DNA of 64,000 nt, taken from an uncultured Ignavibacteriaceae bacterium. Its GTDB lineage: Bacteria > Bacteroidota > Ignavibacteria > Ignavibacteriales > Ignavibacteriaceae. The notes below the pieces were generated by a model. It saw nothing but the letters and a program-made list of their open reading frames with translations, ran no database searches and was not told the origin of the DNA. Shown in pieces: positions 61,383 to 64,000 of this stretch (within the stretch, counting starts at the first letter, position 1; each line of letters begins with the position of its first letter). Location: assembly GCA_964499095.1 (NCBI GenBank), contig CAZCJF010000004.1, positions 22,207-86,206 of the forward strand. The letters are read 5' to 3'. The position numbers and the translations under genes are program-made.

Positions 61383-62729
61383 ATGGATTTAAAGAATAAA
61401 AAAATATCAATTATCGGTGCTGCCAGAAGTGGATTAGGCGCTGCAAAATTAGCACGAAAAATTGGAGCTATTCCATTTGTTAGTGATTCAGGATCAGGAC
61501 AGAAATTACAGAATGCCGTAGAAGTTTTATCAAAAGAAAAAATAAATTTTGAGACTGGAGCGCACAGCGAAAAAGTTTATGATTGTGCCCTGATGATTGT
61601 AAGCCCGGGTGTGCCATCTAATGCGGATGTGATTAAGAATGCTTTAAATAAAGGTATAAAGATCATCAGCGAGATTGAGTTTGCATCATACTTTAACAAA
61701 TCAAGCGTTATCGGCATTACGGGCACTAACGGTAAAACAACAGCCACAACTTTGTGTGGATATTTATTTAATCATTGCGGAGTTAATACTTTTACGGCTG
61801 GCAACATAGGATTAGCTTTTTCTGAAATCGTATCCGAAACCAAATCAACCGATTTTGTCTCTTTGGAGATTTCAAGTTTTCAACTGGATTTGATCGATCA
61901 GTTTAAACCCAACATTGCAGTGATATTGAATATTACTCCTGATCATCTGAATCGTTACGATAACAGTATTGAAAAATATGCGCAATCTAAATTAAGAATT
62001 TTTGAGAATCAGGATTCTTCAGATTATCTGATACTGAATAAAGACAGTGAAATCCTAAATAAATATTTCAACGGAACAAAAAGTAATCTGTTTTATTTCT
62101 CAATTTCTGAAACTGTGACCAATGGATGTTATGTGTTTGATAGTCAAATAAAATTTGCCAGAAATTCTAAAGAAGAGTTTTCTTTCCCGATAAGTGAATT
62201 AGGGATAAAAGGCGAGCACAATGTGCAAAACGCAATGGCTGTAATCATTGCAGCAAAAATCTTTAATCTGAATGAAAGTAAGATCAAAGAAGCTCTTAAT
62301 TTATTTATGGGAGTTGAACATAGATTAGAATTCGTCAGAGAGATTGAAGGCATTAAATTTATCAACGATTCAAAAGCTACTAATGTTGATTCAGTTGTAG
62401 TTGCACTAAAAAGTTTTGATGAACCAATTTTTCTGATATTGGGTGGGCGCGATAAAGGAAATGATTATTCTCTTATAGAAAATCTGGTGATAGAAAAAGT
62501 TAAGAAAATTTATGCTGTGGGAGAATCAGCAGAAAAAGTATTTAATTATTTTCATCAAAAAGTTAAAACCGAAATAAAGAAAGATTTTGAAGACGTAATC
62601 AATGCAGCATTAAGCGAGGCAAGAAGCGGTGATGTTGTTCTGCTTTCACCTGCTTGTGCCAGCTTTGATATGTTTGATAATTATGAACATCGCGGTCAGG
62701 TGTTTAAGGATATAATAAATAATATATGA
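61383..62729 (+). CDS. murD: UDP-N-acetylmuramoylalanine--D-glutamate ligase
   Basis: N-terminal Rossmann (IIGAARSG) and GITGTNGKTT. Position in the dcw order also supports the call. Confidence 0.9.
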   Translation: MDLKNKKISIIGAARSGLGAAKLARKIGAIPFVSDSGSGQKLQNAVEVLSKEKINFETGAHSEKVYDCALMIVSPGVPSNADVIKNALNKGIKIISEIEFASYFNKSSVIGITGTNGKTTATTLCGYLFNHCGVNTFTAGNIGLAFSEIVSETKSTDFVSLEISSFQLDLIDQFKPNIAVILNITPDHLNRYDNSIEKYAQSKLRIFENQDSSDYLILNKDSEILNKYFNGTKSNLFYFSISETVTNGCYVFDSQIKFARNSKEEFSFPISELGIKGEHNVQNAMAVIIAAKIFNLNESKIKEALNLFMGVEHRLEFVREIEGIKFINDSKATNVDSVVVALKSFDEPIFLILGGRDKGNDYSLIENLVIEKVKKIYAVGESAEKVFNYFHQKVKTEIKKDFEDVINAALSEARSGDVVLLSPACASFDMFDNYEHRGQVFKDIINNI

Positions 62730-63874
62730 AAAAACTATCTATCGTTGTTTTCTTTGCAGCATTCAGCTTAATACTTATAGGGCTGATAACTGTTATGAGT
62801 GCAAGCAGCACTTACAGCTCAATTAAGTTTGAAAGCGCATTCCATTTATTCCAGGCTCATTTGTTTAAGGTAGCAGCAGGAATAATTGTAATGGGAATAT
62901 TCTGCATCATTCCTTATGAAGTTTATAAAAATATCAGCAAGATTGCACTAATTGCAATAATATTTGTTCTTATTTATACATTATTCTTTGCACCACAAGT
63001 TAAAGGTGCAGGCAGATGGTTGAGTTTAGGTTTTACAACTATACAGCCTGCCGATATCGCAAAGATTATTTTGATAATACATCTTTCCAATCTGATTGCA
63101 ACAAAGCAGGATGTTATTAAAGATTTAAAAAACGGTTACATATATTTTCTCGTTTGGGTTTTAGTCGTTGCCGGTTTGGTTTTCATTCAACCGAATGTAA
63201 GTAATGCAGCATTAATCATCATCATCTCTTTGACCATGCTTTATGTTGGTGGAGCAAGACTGAAACATATTTTAGTTTCTTATGGTGCACTTTTACTTGC
63301 AGGTGGTTCTGTAGCAATGATTTTTTCACACTCACGAGCAAGAATTTTAGGATACATAAATTCCTTTGGAAACGGCGGAGATATTAACTTACAGGTTAAG
63401 CAGGCTATTTACAGCTTGGGCAGTGGTGGTCTAACCGGAGTTGGAATTGGCAACAGCAAACAAAGTAATTTATTCTTACCGGAAGCTTATGGCGATTTTA
63501 TCTTTGCCATACTTGGAGAAGAGACAGGATTTATTGGAGTGATTATTGTGCTGTTTCTTTACCTGGTTCTTTTCACAGCAGGAATTTTAATCGCAAAAAA
63601 AACAAAAGATAAATTCGGACAAATGTTAGCATTTGGAATTTCATTCTCGATTATAATATACGCTTTTGTAAATGCAGCAGTGGCAAGCGGATTGTTTCCA
63701 ACAACAGGTTTACCATTACCATTTATAAGTTATGGTGGAACGTCAATAATTTTTCTTAGTGCTTCAATCGGCATATTGATGAATGTTGCGATATTAAATC
63801 ATCAAACAAATAAAAATGATGAAAAGAATTTATCTAAAGACCATATTTCACCTTTTGCGCAGGTAAAAGTATGA
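62726..63874 (+). CDS. ftsW: SEDS-family peptidoglycan polymerase FtsW
   Basis: 382 aa, ~10 TM helices. SEDS motifs ([20 protein letters not shown]). Confidence 0.88.
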   Translation: MKKLSIVVFFAAFSLILIGLITVMSASSTYSSIKFESAFHLFQAHLFKVAAGIIVMGIFCIIPYEVYKNISKIALIAIIFVLIYTLFFAPQVKGAGRWLSLGFTTIQPADIAKIILIIHLSNLIATKQDVIKDLKNGYIYFLVWVLVVAGLVFIQPNVSNAALIIIISLTMLYVGGARLKHILVSYGALLLAGGSVAMIFSHSRARILGYINSFGNGGDINLQVKQAIYSLGSGGLTGVGIGNSKQSNLFLPEAYGDFIFAILGEETGFIGVIIVLFLYLVLFTAGILIAKKTKDKFGQMLAFGISFSIIIYAFVNAAVASGLFPTTGLPLPFISYGGTSIIFLSASIGILMNVAILNHQTNKNDEKNLSKDHISPFAQVKV

Positions 63875-64000
63875 AACAAACTGCTACGCAATACAGATTT
63901 TTATTTGCAGGTGGAGGCACAGGCGGCCATCTGTATCCGGCTATTGCTGTAGCGGATGAGATAAAAAGAATTAAGCCTGAATCAGAGATACTTTTTGTGG
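63871..64000 (+). CDS. murG: UDP-N-acetylglucosamine--LPS-lipid I transferase MurG; 3' end beyond window
   Basis: ATGA overlap with the ftsW stop. [31 protein letters not shown] is the MurG N-terminal G-loop. Confidence 0.85.
   Translation, partial: MKQTATQYRFLFAGGGTGGHLYPAIAVADEIKRIKPESEILFV

Noticed and set aside
1-64000. CRISPR arrays, transposases or IS elements, toxin-antitoxin pairs, restriction-modification or other defence systems, and biosynthetic gene clusters.
   Set aside because: No spaced direct-repeat arrays were seen. No ORF shows transposase, integrase, recombinase, nuclease-NTPase defence or core BGC motifs. The methyltransferase at 11034..11918 looks like a small-molecule or lipid class I enzyme rather than a DNA methyltransferase, and it has no nuclease partner.

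Overview
AT-rich bacterial chromosome segment, roughly one-third GC by eye. It is densely coding, with about 57 protein genes and 1 tRNA. Gene content suggests an FCB-group or Ignavibacteria-like organism (CarboxypepD_reg-type TonB-dependent receptor, M64 peptidase, several SpoIIE-type PP2C phosphatases, a bS22-like mini-protein). This is inference only. In order, the window holds: two tandem GAF-PP2C phosphatases (the first cut by the window edge, the second a PDZ-like plus polytopic membrane sensor); a FAS1 lipoprotein; secDF; a tightly coupled nucleoside-salvage operon (cdd-tdk-nupC-PNP); a SAM methyltransferase and a membrane GT2; a UvrD-like helicase translationally coupled to floA through an unknown membrane protein; clpC; a PCD/DCoH-like gene; pyrE; an M64 peptidase; a third PP2C; a succinate-semialdehyde-type ALDH; a multi-PAS hybrid histidine kinase with a satellite PAS protein; MgtC/DUF4010; truA; a FabG-like SDR; a crotonase; an M16/M16/NPP trio divergent from a TonB-dependent receptor; lepB and gatB; a DASS transporter; pepF; a GMP-reductase-like gene; copZ-copA; HU; an unlisted 31-codon basic ORF; tRNA-Thr(CGU); and the first ten genes of the dcw cluster (mraZ to murG, the last truncated). 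I found no CRISPR array, transposase, integrase, prophage or recognisable defence gene. This reads as core genome rather than an accessory island, and I cannot honestly point to a clear novel system. The most interesting items are modest. They are the PDZ-like/polytopic/GAF/PP2C sensor phosphatase, the unlisted bS22-like mini-ORF next to tRNA-Thr, a GC-rich pair of hairpins with complementary loops after pyrE, and the floA-unknown-helicase coupling beside a lipid-type GT2 and methyltransferase. Also noted are a 10-bp-phased TGGGGA/TGGTGA repeat upstream of mraZ and an 11-bp-arm palindrome between the kinase and the satellite PAS gene. All functional calls rest on motifs read by eye from the translations. 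No database search was run.
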